Source of the DNA: a virus
Lineage: Duplodnaviria; Heunggongvirae; Uroviricota; Caudoviricetes
DNA: 21,434 bases
Virus record (IMG/VR): IMGVR_UViG_2695420514_000017
Span: 1 to 21,434 of that record
Direction: 5' to 3' (one strand)
In this document: positions 1 to 6,680 of the stretch, one piece after another
How positions within the stretch are numbered: position 1 is the first letter of the stretch
Layout of the letters: each line of letters starts with the position of its first letter
Notes under the pieces: generated by a model
What the model saw: only the letters and a program-made list of their open reading frames with translations
Told to the model about the DNA's origin: nothing
Databases searched by the model: none
Translations under genes and position numbers: made by a program

Positions 1-1944
1 ATGAGTAACGGAAATATTAAATATCGACCAGAGATTGACGGACTACGATCAATTGCAGTGTTATCAGTAATATTATTCCATGCAGGGATAACACAATTTT
101 CTGGCGGATTTATTGGCGTTGATGTTTTCTTTGTAATAAGTGGTTATCTTATAACCACTATACTTGTAAATGAGCAAGAAAAAGGATTCATAAGCATTTC
201 TAATTTTTACAGGAGAAGGGCCAAAAGAATAATTCCTGCACTTTTCTTGGTGATTGCGGTAACCACTCCAGCAGCGTATTTATATTTAGCACCAAAAGAA
301 CTTTCCTCATATATTTCTAGTATTTTATATACAGCCACATTCTCATCAAATTTTCTTTTTTGGCAGGAGTCTGGGTATTGGGATACTGCAACAGCGCTAA
401 AACCACTTATTCATACATGGAGTCTTGCGGTAGAAGAGCAATTTTATCTTATATTCCCATTCATTGTAATGATGTTTTGGAGATTCGGCGCAATACTGTT
501 TTCTTTGTTTCTTGCTATTCTTATGGCTGGTAGCCTCTGGCTTTCTCAAAACTCACTGCTTGATAACCCAATGTTTTCTTTCTACATGCTTCCTGCTAGA
601 GCATGGGAGCTATTTGCTGGTTCAATTATAGCTGTGCTGCTAAAGCGGAGTAACATATACAACAGTTCAGGAATATTCAACCAAGTGGCATCAATTGCTG
701 GTCTTTTGCTGATCGTGTTCCCTGTTTTTTATTATACAGGAAAAACAAAATTTCCAGGTATTTCAGCGATACCGCCAGTTCTTGGTGCGGGTCTAATTAT
801 AATCACATCAAACTCAAATACCATAGTTGGGCGCATTTTAGGATCCAAGCCTTTTGTTGCGGTTGGTCTAATAAGTTATAGCGCGTATTTATGGCATCAG
901 CCAGTACTTGCATTTCTAAAGATAATAACTTTAGGACGGATGGATGTTGTTGATTCTCTTTTAGCTGTTGGATTGATACTTATACTATCAACCATTACTT
1001 ATCATTTAGTTGAAAAGCCAGTGAGATTTGGTCATACATTTTTTGGCAAGTGGCCACTTTTAACTACAGGAATAGCCTCATGCTTAATCATCGTTGCCTC
1101 TTTTACAGCATCTAAAGGTAATGGATTCCCAGATAGAATCAACTCTGTATATAGCGCGAAAGCTCAGGCAGTTGAATTAAAGAATACTCAATCATTTGTT
1201 TCAGATACGGAACCAGGTGAAAATAAACCGATCATTCTCATCATTGGTGACTCCTACGTCAGAAACTGGTCTATAGGGCTAAGAGAAAAAATCAACACAT
1301 CTAAATACCGAGTTGTATCTTTGACTTATCGTGGATGTGATGTCGATGTAAAATCAGATTCAGTTTTTGCAAAGCCTATTGAAAGCGCCTATAAAGAAAA
1401 CTGCAAATACTTAACAGATATGTTGAACAATAAAAATATAACTTCTCATATTGATAAGGTATTCCTTACATCTCACAGGCCATTTGCATATATTGCAAAC
1501 AATTTCAGATTCAATCTATTGAAGTATATTTCTTCGCACTCAAATTCAAAACTATATATATTTGGAAATTATTTTCAATATCACCCTATGAAAACGCAGA
1601 CATGCCTAAGCTCTATGTTTATTGCAAAGAGAGATGCAAGAGTTTGCATAGATAGTTCAGAGTACAGTGGTAATGAAGGTAAGATCACCGATAAATTAGG
1701 ATTATATCGCCCAATGGACACCTTAGGTTTACCCTATACGTATATAGATATTAAAAGCATGATTTGTGATAAAAAATCTAAATCGTGCCCATATGAGTAC
1801 AATGGGGTTCCATTTATGATTGATACAAACCATTTAACTGCTACGTTCGCCAAATTCCTTATTAGAACTATCACAGATAAGAATGCCAGATACTTTTCAA
1901 AAATTGGTCTCTCAGATGTTTTTTCATTTGATAAACCTAATTGA
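1..1944 (+). CDS. O-antigen/LPS O-acetyltransferase: acyltransferase-3 (AT3) membrane domain fused to a C-terminal SGNH-type domain (OafA/Oac-like lysogenic-conversion protein)
   Basis: 647 aa ORF. N-terminus has the RPEIDGLRSIAV...FHAG motif typical of AT3 acyltransferases, followed by many hydrophobic segments over roughly the first 370 aa. The C-terminal soluble part carries GDSY (IILIIGDSYVRNW) and a D-x-x-H motif (MIDTNHL) as in SGNH hydrolases. Markedly AT-rich relative to the structural genes. ATG at window position 1, so the start cannot be confirmed against upstream sequence. Confidence 0.85.
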   Translation: MSNGNIKYRPEIDGLRSIAVLSVILFHAGITQFSGGFIGVDVFFVISGYLITTILVNEQEKGFISISNFYRRRAKRIIPALFLVIAVTTPAAYLYLAPKELSSYISSILYTATFSSNFLFWQESGYWDTATALKPLIHTWSLAVEEQFYLIFPFIVMMFWRFGAILFSLFLAILMAGSLWLSQNSLLDNPMFSFYMLPARAWELFAGSIIAVLLKRSNIYNSSGIFNQVASIAGLLLIVFPVFYYTGKTKFPGISAIPPVLGAGLIIITSNSNTIVGRILGSKPFVAVGLISYSAYLWHQPVLAFLKIITLGRMDVVDSLLAVGLILILSTITYHLVEKPVRFGHTFFGKWPLLTTGIASCLIIVASFTASKGNGFPDRINSVYSAKAQAVELKNTQSFVSDTEPGENKPIILIIGDSYVRNWSIGLREKINTSKYRVVSLTYRGCDVDVKSDSVFAKPIESAYKENCKYLTDMLNNKNITSHIDKVFLTSHRPFAYIANNFRFNLLKYISSHSNSKLYIFGNYFQYHPMKTQTCLSSMFIAKRDARVCIDSSEYSGNEGKITDKLGLYRPMDTLGLPYTYIDIKSMICDKKSKSCPYEYNGVPFMIDTNHLTATFAKFLIRTITDKNARYFSKIGLSDVFSFDKPN

Positions 1945-1975
1945 TATAATGATGTAAAAACTAGTGCAAATTCAT

Positions 1976-1995
1976 ACCGCGCAATTTTGCGCGGT
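1976..1995. terminator. GC-rich hairpin between the convergent acetyltransferase and tailspike genes; possible bidirectional terminator
   Basis: ACCGCGC-aatttt-GCGCGGT: 7 bp perfect GC-rich stem lying between the two stop codons (1942-1944 and 2001-2003). Flanking U-tracts are weak on both strands. Confidence 0.35.
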
Positions 1996-2000
1996 TATGA

Positions 2001-4241
2001 TTAATCGGCAAGACCAAAGTTTCCGCGTTTGATGACGCTTGTAGCAAACCCTAGTATGGCTGTTGTTACTGTTGAAGCATCAAAATGATTTCCGATAATA
2101 ATGGCGTTTTCTGTGTTGTTTCCACTAAACCCTCTGACAGCATTGTATATGGTATTACCATTAAACAACTTACTCCCTCCTAGTGTCGCGATATCAACGG
2201 CAGAGCCTTGAAGTCTTATAGTTGTCGATGTTCCTGATAATACACAGTTGCTTATTTTAAAACTCCTAAAGTCCTTGTTAGGCTTCTCCTGCTTTATTGC
2301 ATATGACAATGCAGTTGCCGCAGTTGTTCCAGTGTCCTGGATAGTTACTCCGTCAATGACTATCTCATCAAAATCTAGTATCCTTGCTCCTATTTTTGTT
2401 GTCCCAGAATTTAGGTTGCTTCCCTTTCTGTAGTTGATATCCTTGATAATCATCCTGTTTGTTGCGTACGTGACAGATTTTGCTTGAGAATAAATTAGAT
2501 TAGGTGCATCTCCAGTAAGGTAACCAGAGATGGAAAAGTCACCAACAGAACTTTGCACATAGAATACAAAGTCATATAGGCCTGATACATTAAATAATGT
2601 AATTCCGTTAATTCTGAAGTCCTGCGTCATTCCTATGCGCATTAGGGAGTCTGTAGTTCTGACTGTTGTATTTGGTATTCTGGCAGTCCCGTAACAGTCT
2701 ATATTATTAATTGAAAGGCCGACGACACCATTGGTTCCATCCAGAGAACGAGAGTGGATTGCTTCGCCGTAATTTCCATCTACTATACAATTTGATAAAA
2801 CTATATCGTTTATAGGGACACCAATCGCTCCAAAATAAAATCCACTGCATATCCCAGTTGGTGCTGTTTGACCAGTAGGAAGATTATCTATTGGAGGATT
2901 GTTCTTCGATGATGTGCACCTGTCGAAGTAAAATCCTCGTTGAACAAATCCTGAAGGTACAGATGTGTAATCGTGCCCATGTAAATTAAAACCAAAACCA
3001 CAGTTTGCTATAGCCTTGCAGTTCCTGAATGTGAGTCCAGATACCGGAACATCTGTAACTTTAAAACCACTGCAACTTTCAGTTGTCATCGTTCCTGGGC
3101 TAGGCATGAATGGTATCCCATTCTCTTCAGCGATGCATGATTCTAATAGAAGGTTGTCAATACCAAAATCCTCTGCGACACCACTTGTAACAGATGCGAT
3201 CCTAAATCCATCGTTATTTCTATATGAATAACAGTTTATTACTGTTGAGTCTTTAGCCCCTGTAATAAACAGCGGGTAAACCATTCCAAGACCTTTCATC
3301 CCTTCACAATAGAATCCAGATACCTGCCTGGTGGTACCAACCCTTATCCCTATAGCAATTTTAGGCTCCCTCTCTCCTTGGCTTCTAGACTCACCATCAA
3401 TAGTGAACTCTCCAAGTAATGACACGTTATCCTCATTAATTATGAAGTATTCGTGAGTATCAGCAGTTCCATCTGATTTGAATATGGCGTTATCGAACCT
3501 GAGTGACTGACCTTTCTTTAAAGAATGAAGACCCGTTGAAAGATATGTTCCGCTAGGAAAAAAAATTGAAGCATCATCTCCAGATGAGTTGATTAGGTTA
3601 TTAATTTCATTAGTGCTTGAGACGACACCGTGTGGATTGACTCCGAACCACAGAGCATTTATTTCTCCTTCATACAGCCTCTTCCAGCGTCTATTCAAGG
3701 AATCAACTAAAATTGTCCCATCGTTGTCAGCACTAACTGCATCTGAATCATCACGATAAAAGATGCCGTCAGCACCATCAAATGGCGATAATCGCCCGAA
3801 ACAATATATGTGGTCAAGTTGACCATTATACTCCCTTATTTGATTATATAATGCTCCACCTACATACCCAAAGCCATAGAAATCTCCTACTAATGTTCTA
3901 AACTGGTCTGGATTATACTTCAGAACATTCGGAAAATAGAACTGCTGCGCACCGTACGCATCATAAACAGCCATAGAGTGGCCTTGCACAGTTACGAACT
4001 TGGCAATCTGTCCGTTATATACCGGATATCCGGCAGCGTTAATGATGATTGGTTGCGAAACAGGAACGTGAGAACCGTCTTCGTTCTCCACATAAACCTG
4101 AATCTGGTTTTCAGGATTTACAGGGTCAGTGTCAATTTTACCGATATAAATTTTGCCATTGGCTACGGCTTTAAAAGAACGAGCCATAGTGAAGAGTTGC
4201 GAAGGCATGCTTACCACAACATTTGCGGTGATATCTGTCAT
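2001..4241 (-). CDS. Tailspike protein: P22 gp9-like N-terminal head-binding domain plus a divergent receptor-binding/depolymerase body
   Basis: 746 aa. The first ~115 aa ([34 protein letters not shown]...[13 protein letters not shown]...NVLKYNPDQ) closely match the P22/Sf6 tailspike head-binding domain as I recall it. The remainder is G/N/S/T-rich, typical of a beta-helix, and does not resemble the P22 endorhamnosidase body from memory. Minus-strand GGAG lies 9 nt upstream of the ATG. Confidence 0.9.
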   Translation of the reverse strand: MTDITANVVVSMPSQLFTMARSFKAVANGKIYIGKIDTDPVNPENQIQVYVENEDGSHVPVSQPIIINAAGYPVYNGQIAKFVTVQGHSMAVYDAYGAQQFYFPNVLKYNPDQFRTLVGDFYGFGYVGGALYNQIREYNGQLDHIYCFGRLSPFDGADGIFYRDDSDAVSADNDGTILVDSLNRRWKRLYEGEINALWFGVNPHGVVSSTNEINNLINSSGDDASIFFPSGTYLSTGLHSLKKGQSLRFDNAIFKSDGTADTHEYFIINEDNVSLLGEFTIDGESRSQGEREPKIAIGIRVGTTRQVSGFYCEGMKGLGMVYPLFITGAKDSTVINCYSYRNNDGFRIASVTSGVAEDFGIDNLLLESCIAEENGIPFMPSPGTMTTESCSGFKVTDVPVSGLTFRNCKAIANCGFGFNLHGHDYTSVPSGFVQRGFYFDRCTSSKNNPPIDNLPTGQTAPTGICSGFYFGAIGVPINDIVLSNCIVDGNYGEAIHSRSLDGTNGVVGLSINNIDCYGTARIPNTTVRTTDSLMRIGMTQDFRINGITLFNVSGLYDFVFYVQSSVGDFSISGYLTGDAPNLIYSQAKSVTYATNRMIIKDINYRKGSNLNSGTTKIGARILDFDEIVIDGVTIQDTGTTAATALSYAIKQEKPNKDFRSFKISNCVLSGTSTTIRLQGSAVDIATLGGSKLFNGNTIYNAVRGFSGNNTENAIIIGNHFDASTVTTAILGFATSVIKRGNFGLAD

Positions 4242-4299
4242 TTAATTTGCTCCAGATACAAGGAATCGCCGCAGCATGGCTACGGTGAATTTTTGGCAT

Positions 4300-4322
4300 A
4301 AAAAAACCCAGCCGAAGCTGGG
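4300..4322 (-). terminator. Rho-independent terminator downstream of ant
   Basis: CCCAGC-cgaa-GCTGGG hairpin (4307-4322). The plus-strand A7 run at 4300-4306 gives a U-tract immediately after the hairpin on the minus-strand transcript. It lies about 20 bp past the ant stop codon. Confidence 0.7.
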
Positions 4323-4341
4323 TCATTGCGTTGGTTATCTG

Positions 4342-5220
4342 TCAGTAGTTATGTACTGAAGGAGGTAATTCTTTATTCTTAAGTCTCATCCATGCGGAAA
4401 GATTCGTTGGTCCGTCTGGCTCATTGATATCAACATCTCGTGTGTGATTGATTAAAACGTCCCTCGCCATTCCGATAACATACGAGAACTCATGACCGTA
4501 GTCGTAGCATCTGCCGGAATAGTTCGATTGAATTTGTTTTAATGCCGGATACAGTTCGCGGAATAATGCCTGTGAGCGATTGGCATAATCCCATAACCAT
4601 ACAAGGCTGTTTGCTTCTTTTGCAGAAAGCTCGTTGACTTTCCTCTCTTGTTTGCCGATAAACTCGCCTTCAAGCACTACCCTGTGGATGTACTCTACGG
4701 CCAGCGGGATTTGTTCAATTGAAAGTTCATCAATGCTGTCAATACCAAAACGCTGATGAACCATATTGTATGCATCGTCATAGCGAAGTCCTTTCTTTCC
4801 TACCAGCATGTTTACTGCATCGCGTAGCGGTGTTCTTTCCTCAACAGTGGTTTTCTTGCCTTTCACATACTCTCCATGTTTGCGAATCGAAGGCAGAACT
4901 TCTGCTGTTACCCACTTGCGGAATTTGTGCGGGACTGAACCTTTATTGACAGCATCGCGGCAGCGCAGAACCAATGTATACATACCTGATTCGCTAACAA
5001 TGCTTAGATTCTGCTCACCACCAAGGGTGTAACTTAAAGTTACTCCCTTTTCATCGTCATCAAGTGCAGTAAGCGCCTTGCGTGAGTTAGTCAAAGATAA
5101 AGCATCACAAACATCTTTAGCTACAAACCACGGCTCACCGCACTTGTTGATGACGCGGATTTCACTGTCGCCGAATTTGAAGATGGTGAAATCGTTTTGT
5201 GCCTTTGCTATACTTTTCAT
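4342..5220 (-). CDS. ant: Antirepressor Ant (Bro-N domain protein)
   Basis: 292 aa. N-terminal Bro-N-like motif ([28 protein letters not shown]...RLDDDEKG...[17 protein letters not shown]) resembles P22 Ant as recalled. Position directly downstream of arc matches immI. Confidence 0.85.
   Translation of the reverse strand: MKSIAKAQNDFTIFKFGDSEIRVINKCGEPWFVAKDVCDALSLTNSRKALTALDDDEKGVTLSYTLGGEQNLSIVSESGMYTLVLRCRDAVNKGSVPHKFRKWVTAEVLPSIRKHGEYVKGKKTTVEERTPLRDAVNMLVGKKGLRYDDAYNMVHQRFGIDSIDELSIEQIPLAVEYIHRVVLEGEFIGKQERKVNELSAKEANSLVWLWDYANRSQALFRELYPALKQIQSNYSGRCYDYGHEFSYVIGMARDVLINHTRDVDINEPDGPTNLSAWMRLKNKELPPSVHNY
5186..5214 (+). promoter_or_regulatory. Candidate Psar: extended -10 promoter inside the 5' end of ant, reading antisense
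   Basis: TGcTATACT at 5206-5214 fits the extended -10 pattern (TGnTATAAT). Weak -35-like GTGAAA at 5186-5191 with a 17 bp spacer. Predicted start near 5221-5223, just past the ant start codon on the opposite strand. Confidence 0.4.
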
Positions 5221-5292
5221 GTCAATATTTCCTAATCCGATTTGTTGATAACGAAGCCCTGACTGTTACCGCAGTTGGGGCTTCAACTTTTT
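5221..5292 (+). ncRNA. sar: Candidate sar-like antisense RNA complementary to the ant ribosome-binding region
   Basis: Plus-strand hairpin at 5253-5284 (GAAGCCC...GGGCTTC outer stem with an inner GACTG/CAGTT extension) followed by aac-TTTTT (5288-5292) is an intrinsic terminator on the strand opposite arc-ant. With the extended -10 at 5206-5214 this predicts a roughly 70 nt RNA covering the complement of the ant RBS and start codon, as described for P22 sar (68-69 nt). Confidence 0.45.
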
Positions 5293-5456
5293 GCTAGATT
5301 ACCTTTAGAACTATCCCGCCTTAAACTATCCACCAACCGCATTACCATCTCGGTATTTATTGAGCGGCCATTTTCTTTCGCTGACTTCTCGATTGCTAAC
5401 TTAACCTCTAATGGGATGCGCAAAGGGTACTTTGGTGCGTCTGACTTGACTATCAT
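5283..5456 (-). CDS. arc: Arc repressor (ribbon-helix-helix)
   Basis: 57 aa from the ATG at 5454-5456 with a GGAGG RBS 4 nt upstream on the minus strand. PKYPLRIPLEVKLAIEKSAKENGRSINTEMVMRLV aligns with P22 Arc (FNLRWPREVLDLVRKVAEENGRSVNSEIYQRV) as recalled. The ORF-track start at 5471 is a TTG extension. Confidence 0.85.
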   Translation of the reverse strand: MIVKSDAPKYPLRIPLEVKLAIEKSAKENGRSINTEMVMRLVDSLRRDSSKGNLAKS

Positions 5457-5474
5457 ATTACCTCCAATCAATTT

Positions 5475-5491
5475 GGTATAACCGTTATACC
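5475..5491. promoter_or_regulatory. Perfect 17 bp palindrome; candidate Mnt-type operator over the Pant -10 and start site
   Basis: GGTATAAC-C-GTTATACC is a perfect 8-1-8 inverted repeat. It overlaps the predicted Pant -10 (5484-5489) and transcription start. P22 Omnt is likewise a 17 bp near-symmetric site overlapping the Pant start, from memory. Confidence 0.55.
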
Positions 5492-5512
5492 ATTGTGATC
5501 GCAGTGATGCAA
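5484..5512 (-). promoter_or_regulatory. Candidate Pant (promoter of the arc-ant operon)
   Basis: On the minus strand, TTGCAT (plus 5507-5512), 17 bp spacer, TATAAC (plus 5484-5489). Correctly placed upstream of the arc RBS. Confidence 0.5.
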
Positions 5513-5521
5513 TAGTAATAT
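5493..5521 (+). promoter_or_regulatory. Candidate Pmnt (divergent promoter for mnt)
   Basis: TTGTGA (5493-5498), 17 bp spacer, TAATAT (5516-5521), about 24 bp upstream of the mnt ATG. Its -35 abuts the Pant -35, giving back-to-back divergent promoters as in P22 immI. The region between them (about 5491-5516) is the expected place for an Arc operator, but I could not define one confidently. Confidence 0.4.
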
Positions 5522-5544
5522 CACCAAAATGCTATGGAGGTGGT

Positions 5545-5781
5545 ATGTCACGCGAAGAGCCGCAAATAAATATCAGGATTTCCAAAGAGTTAAAGGCAAA
5601 GGTTAAAGCCAGGGCGCAACATAACAAGCGTTCCATGAATGCTGAAATAATACAGATTATCGAAGATGCTGTTTGTGGTAGATCGCTTAATAGCAATGAA
5701 TTTGCTCAGAAAGAGGCTGACAAATTCAGGGATGCGCTGCTTGAAACACTGAAAACCATGTATGGTAAGGATGCAAAATGA
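5545..5781 (+). CDS. mnt: Mnt repressor (ribbon-helix-helix maintenance repressor)
   Basis: 78 aa. INIRISKELKAKVKARAQHNKRSMNAEIIQIIEDAV aligns with P22 Mnt (FNFRMPMEVREKLKFRAEANGRSMNSELLQIVQDAL) as recalled. GGAGG RBS 4 nt before the ATG. Divergent from arc. Confidence 0.85.
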   Translation: MSREEPQINIRISKELKAKVKARAQHNKRSMNAEIIQIIEDAVCGRSLNSNEFAQKEADKFRDALLETLKTMYGKDAK

Positions 5782-5987
5782 ATAAAAAACAGTTTATTAA
5801 GTCAAAAACGTCAAGCAAGGAAGAGCTAGAGAAAGAGCTAAACTCCCTGAAATACGCTCTGTGTCTGGTTTACTCAAGACTGCCAATGGAAGATAAAAAC
5901 GCTATTTACAATGAAATGATTAGCAGCCTTGATTTTAACGATAGAGACCTTGCATCCCACCTCAACAGCTTCCGCGTCCCTGAGTAA
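5778..5987 (+). CDS. Hypothetical 69 aa protein translationally coupled to mnt
   Basis: The ATG at 5778-5780 overlaps the mnt stop (ATGA). Hydrophilic, predicted helical (KEELEKELNSLKYAL). No family recognised. Confidence 0.55.
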   Translation: MNKKQFIKSKTSSKEELEKELNSLKYALCLVYSRLPMEDKNAIYNEMISSLDFNDRDLASHLNSFRVPE

Positions 5988-6147
5988 TTCTGTTGCGGAT
6001 TTGCTTCTTGCGGTGGTTTAGGCTGGAGAGCTTGGCTTCTGCTTCCGATATTTGCGCATCTAGATCTTTAAGCTCAAGATCTGAAAGTCGCTGGTCAAGC
6101 AGGGTTTGGTTTAACTCAATGTTGTTCAGGCGTTCTTCTATGGTCAT
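5962..6147 (-). CDS. Hypothetical small coiled-coil protein (61 aa from the second ATG)
   Basis: MTIEERLNNIELNQTLLDQRLSDLELKDLDAQISEAEAKL shows heptad-like periodicity. AGGA lies about 8 nt upstream of the ATG at 6145-6147 on the minus strand. Convergent with, and overlapping by 26 bp, the 3' end of the preceding plus ORF, so it is uncertain. Confidence 0.4.
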   Translation of the reverse strand: MTIEERLNNIELNQTLLDQRLSDLELKDLDAQISEAEAKLSSLNHRKKQIRNRITQGRGSC

Positions 6148-6178
6148 AACTTTCATCCTATAACTATTTGGAATCAAA

Positions 6179-6361
6179 ATGAAAAATATATTAATTGGTT
6201 TCGTTTTTGGTGCAGCCTGCGCCGCCAGCATTAGCGTCATCGCCGCCCAGGTTGTTGGTGGTAACTCATATCTAATGGGCTATGACGTCATGATAAATGG
6301 AGAGGTTGTTTGCTCAGATCCTTATGTATGGACCTCGACAAAAGAAATAGAATGTGACTAA
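6179..6361 (+). CDS. Hypothetical small membrane-anchored or secreted peptide (60 aa) with two Cys in the C-terminal part
   Basis: Hydrophobic N-terminus [26 protein letters not shown] (signal peptide or single TM helix), then a 35 aa tail with two Cys (…[20 protein letters not shown]). Weak RBS (GGAA) but a clear intrinsic terminator immediately after the stop. Confidence 0.5.
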   Translation: MKNILIGFVFGAACAASISVIAAQVVGGNSYLMGYDVMINGEVVCSDPYVWTSTKEIECD

Positions 6362-6363
6362 TA

Positions 6364-6389
6364 CCAGCCTGATGGCTGGTTAATTTTTT
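6364..6389 (+). terminator. Rho-independent terminator after the 60 aa peptide gene
   Basis: CCAGCC-tgat-GGCTGG hairpin (6364-6379) followed by TTAATTTTTT (6380-6389), 3 bp after the stop codon. Confidence 0.6.
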
Positions 6390-6406
6390 CATTTACCTGG
6401 GCCATA

Positions 6407-6437
6407 TTGACTACTTATAAAATGAGATCAATATTTA
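6407..6437 (+). promoter_or_regulatory. Possible promoter for the YjzC-like gene
   Basis: TTGACT at 6407-6412, with an AT-rich -10-like ATATTT/TATTTA about 18-19 bp downstream (6431-6437). The -10 assignment is weak. Confidence 0.3.
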
Positions 6438-6471
6438 ATCGCCCAATAACGGGTGTATGTTGAGGTATATC

Positions 6472-6651
6472 ATGGCGAAAAAACCAGGTGAAAACACAGG
6501 AAAAAACGGCGGAATATACCAAGAAGTTGGCCCGCGCGGCGGTAAGAAAGACAATTTTGCCACCGTCAAGGACAACGAAAGGCTTCCGCCAACAACAAAG
6601 CCAGGTCATGGCTGGGTATTAGATAAGCGAACTCCAGACAGCAAAAAGTAA
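6472..6651 (+). CDS. YjzC-like small protein (59 aa)
   Basis: MAKKPGENTGKNGGIYQEVGPRGGKKDNFATVKDNERLPPTTKPGHGWV follows the KPG...G.Y.E.G..G......V.....LP.T...G.W pattern I associate with the YjzC-like family. GAGG RBS 6 nt before the ATG at 6472. An upstream in-frame ATG at 6457 has a poorer RBS. Confidence 0.65.
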   Translation: MAKKPGENTGKNGGIYQEVGPRGGKKDNFATVKDNERLPPTTKPGHGWVLDKRTPDSKK

Positions 6652-6657
6652 TAATCA

Positions 6658-6680
6658 AGCCGGGTCACTCCGGCTTTTTG
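6658..6680 (+). terminator. Rho-independent terminator after the YjzC-like gene
   Basis: AGCCGG-gtcact-CCGGCT hairpin (6658-6675) followed by TTTT-G (6676-6680), 7 bp after the stop. The stop codon of the convergent minus-strand HExxH ORF lies inside the hairpin. Confidence 0.65.

Noticed and set aside
2248-4301. Plus-strand ORFs 2248-2433, 3016-3231 and 3978-4301
   Set aside because: They are antisense to the tailspike gene. The last one also runs through the ant terminator hairpin, which explains the open frame.
4719-5032. Plus-strand ORFs 4719-4949 and 4808-5032
   Set aside because: They are antisense to ant, with no start signals and Cys-rich, unstructured translations.
5457-5471. N-terminal extension of Arc (MIGGN...) in the ORF track
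   Set aside because: The first codon at 5469-5471 is TTG and the extension would run through the GGAGG RBS. The ATG at 5454-5456, 4 nt after that RBS, gives a 57 aa Arc-sized protein.
5275-5481. 68 aa plus-strand ORF across arc
   Set aside because: It is antisense to arc. The open frame coincides with the candidate sar RNA terminator and the immI operator region, so I treat the region as non-coding RNA and regulatory sequence on this strand.
6415-6609. 64 aa minus-strand ORF
   Set aside because: It is antisense to the YjzC-like gene, which has the RBS, the family-like sequence and a terminator. The minus frame has no start context.
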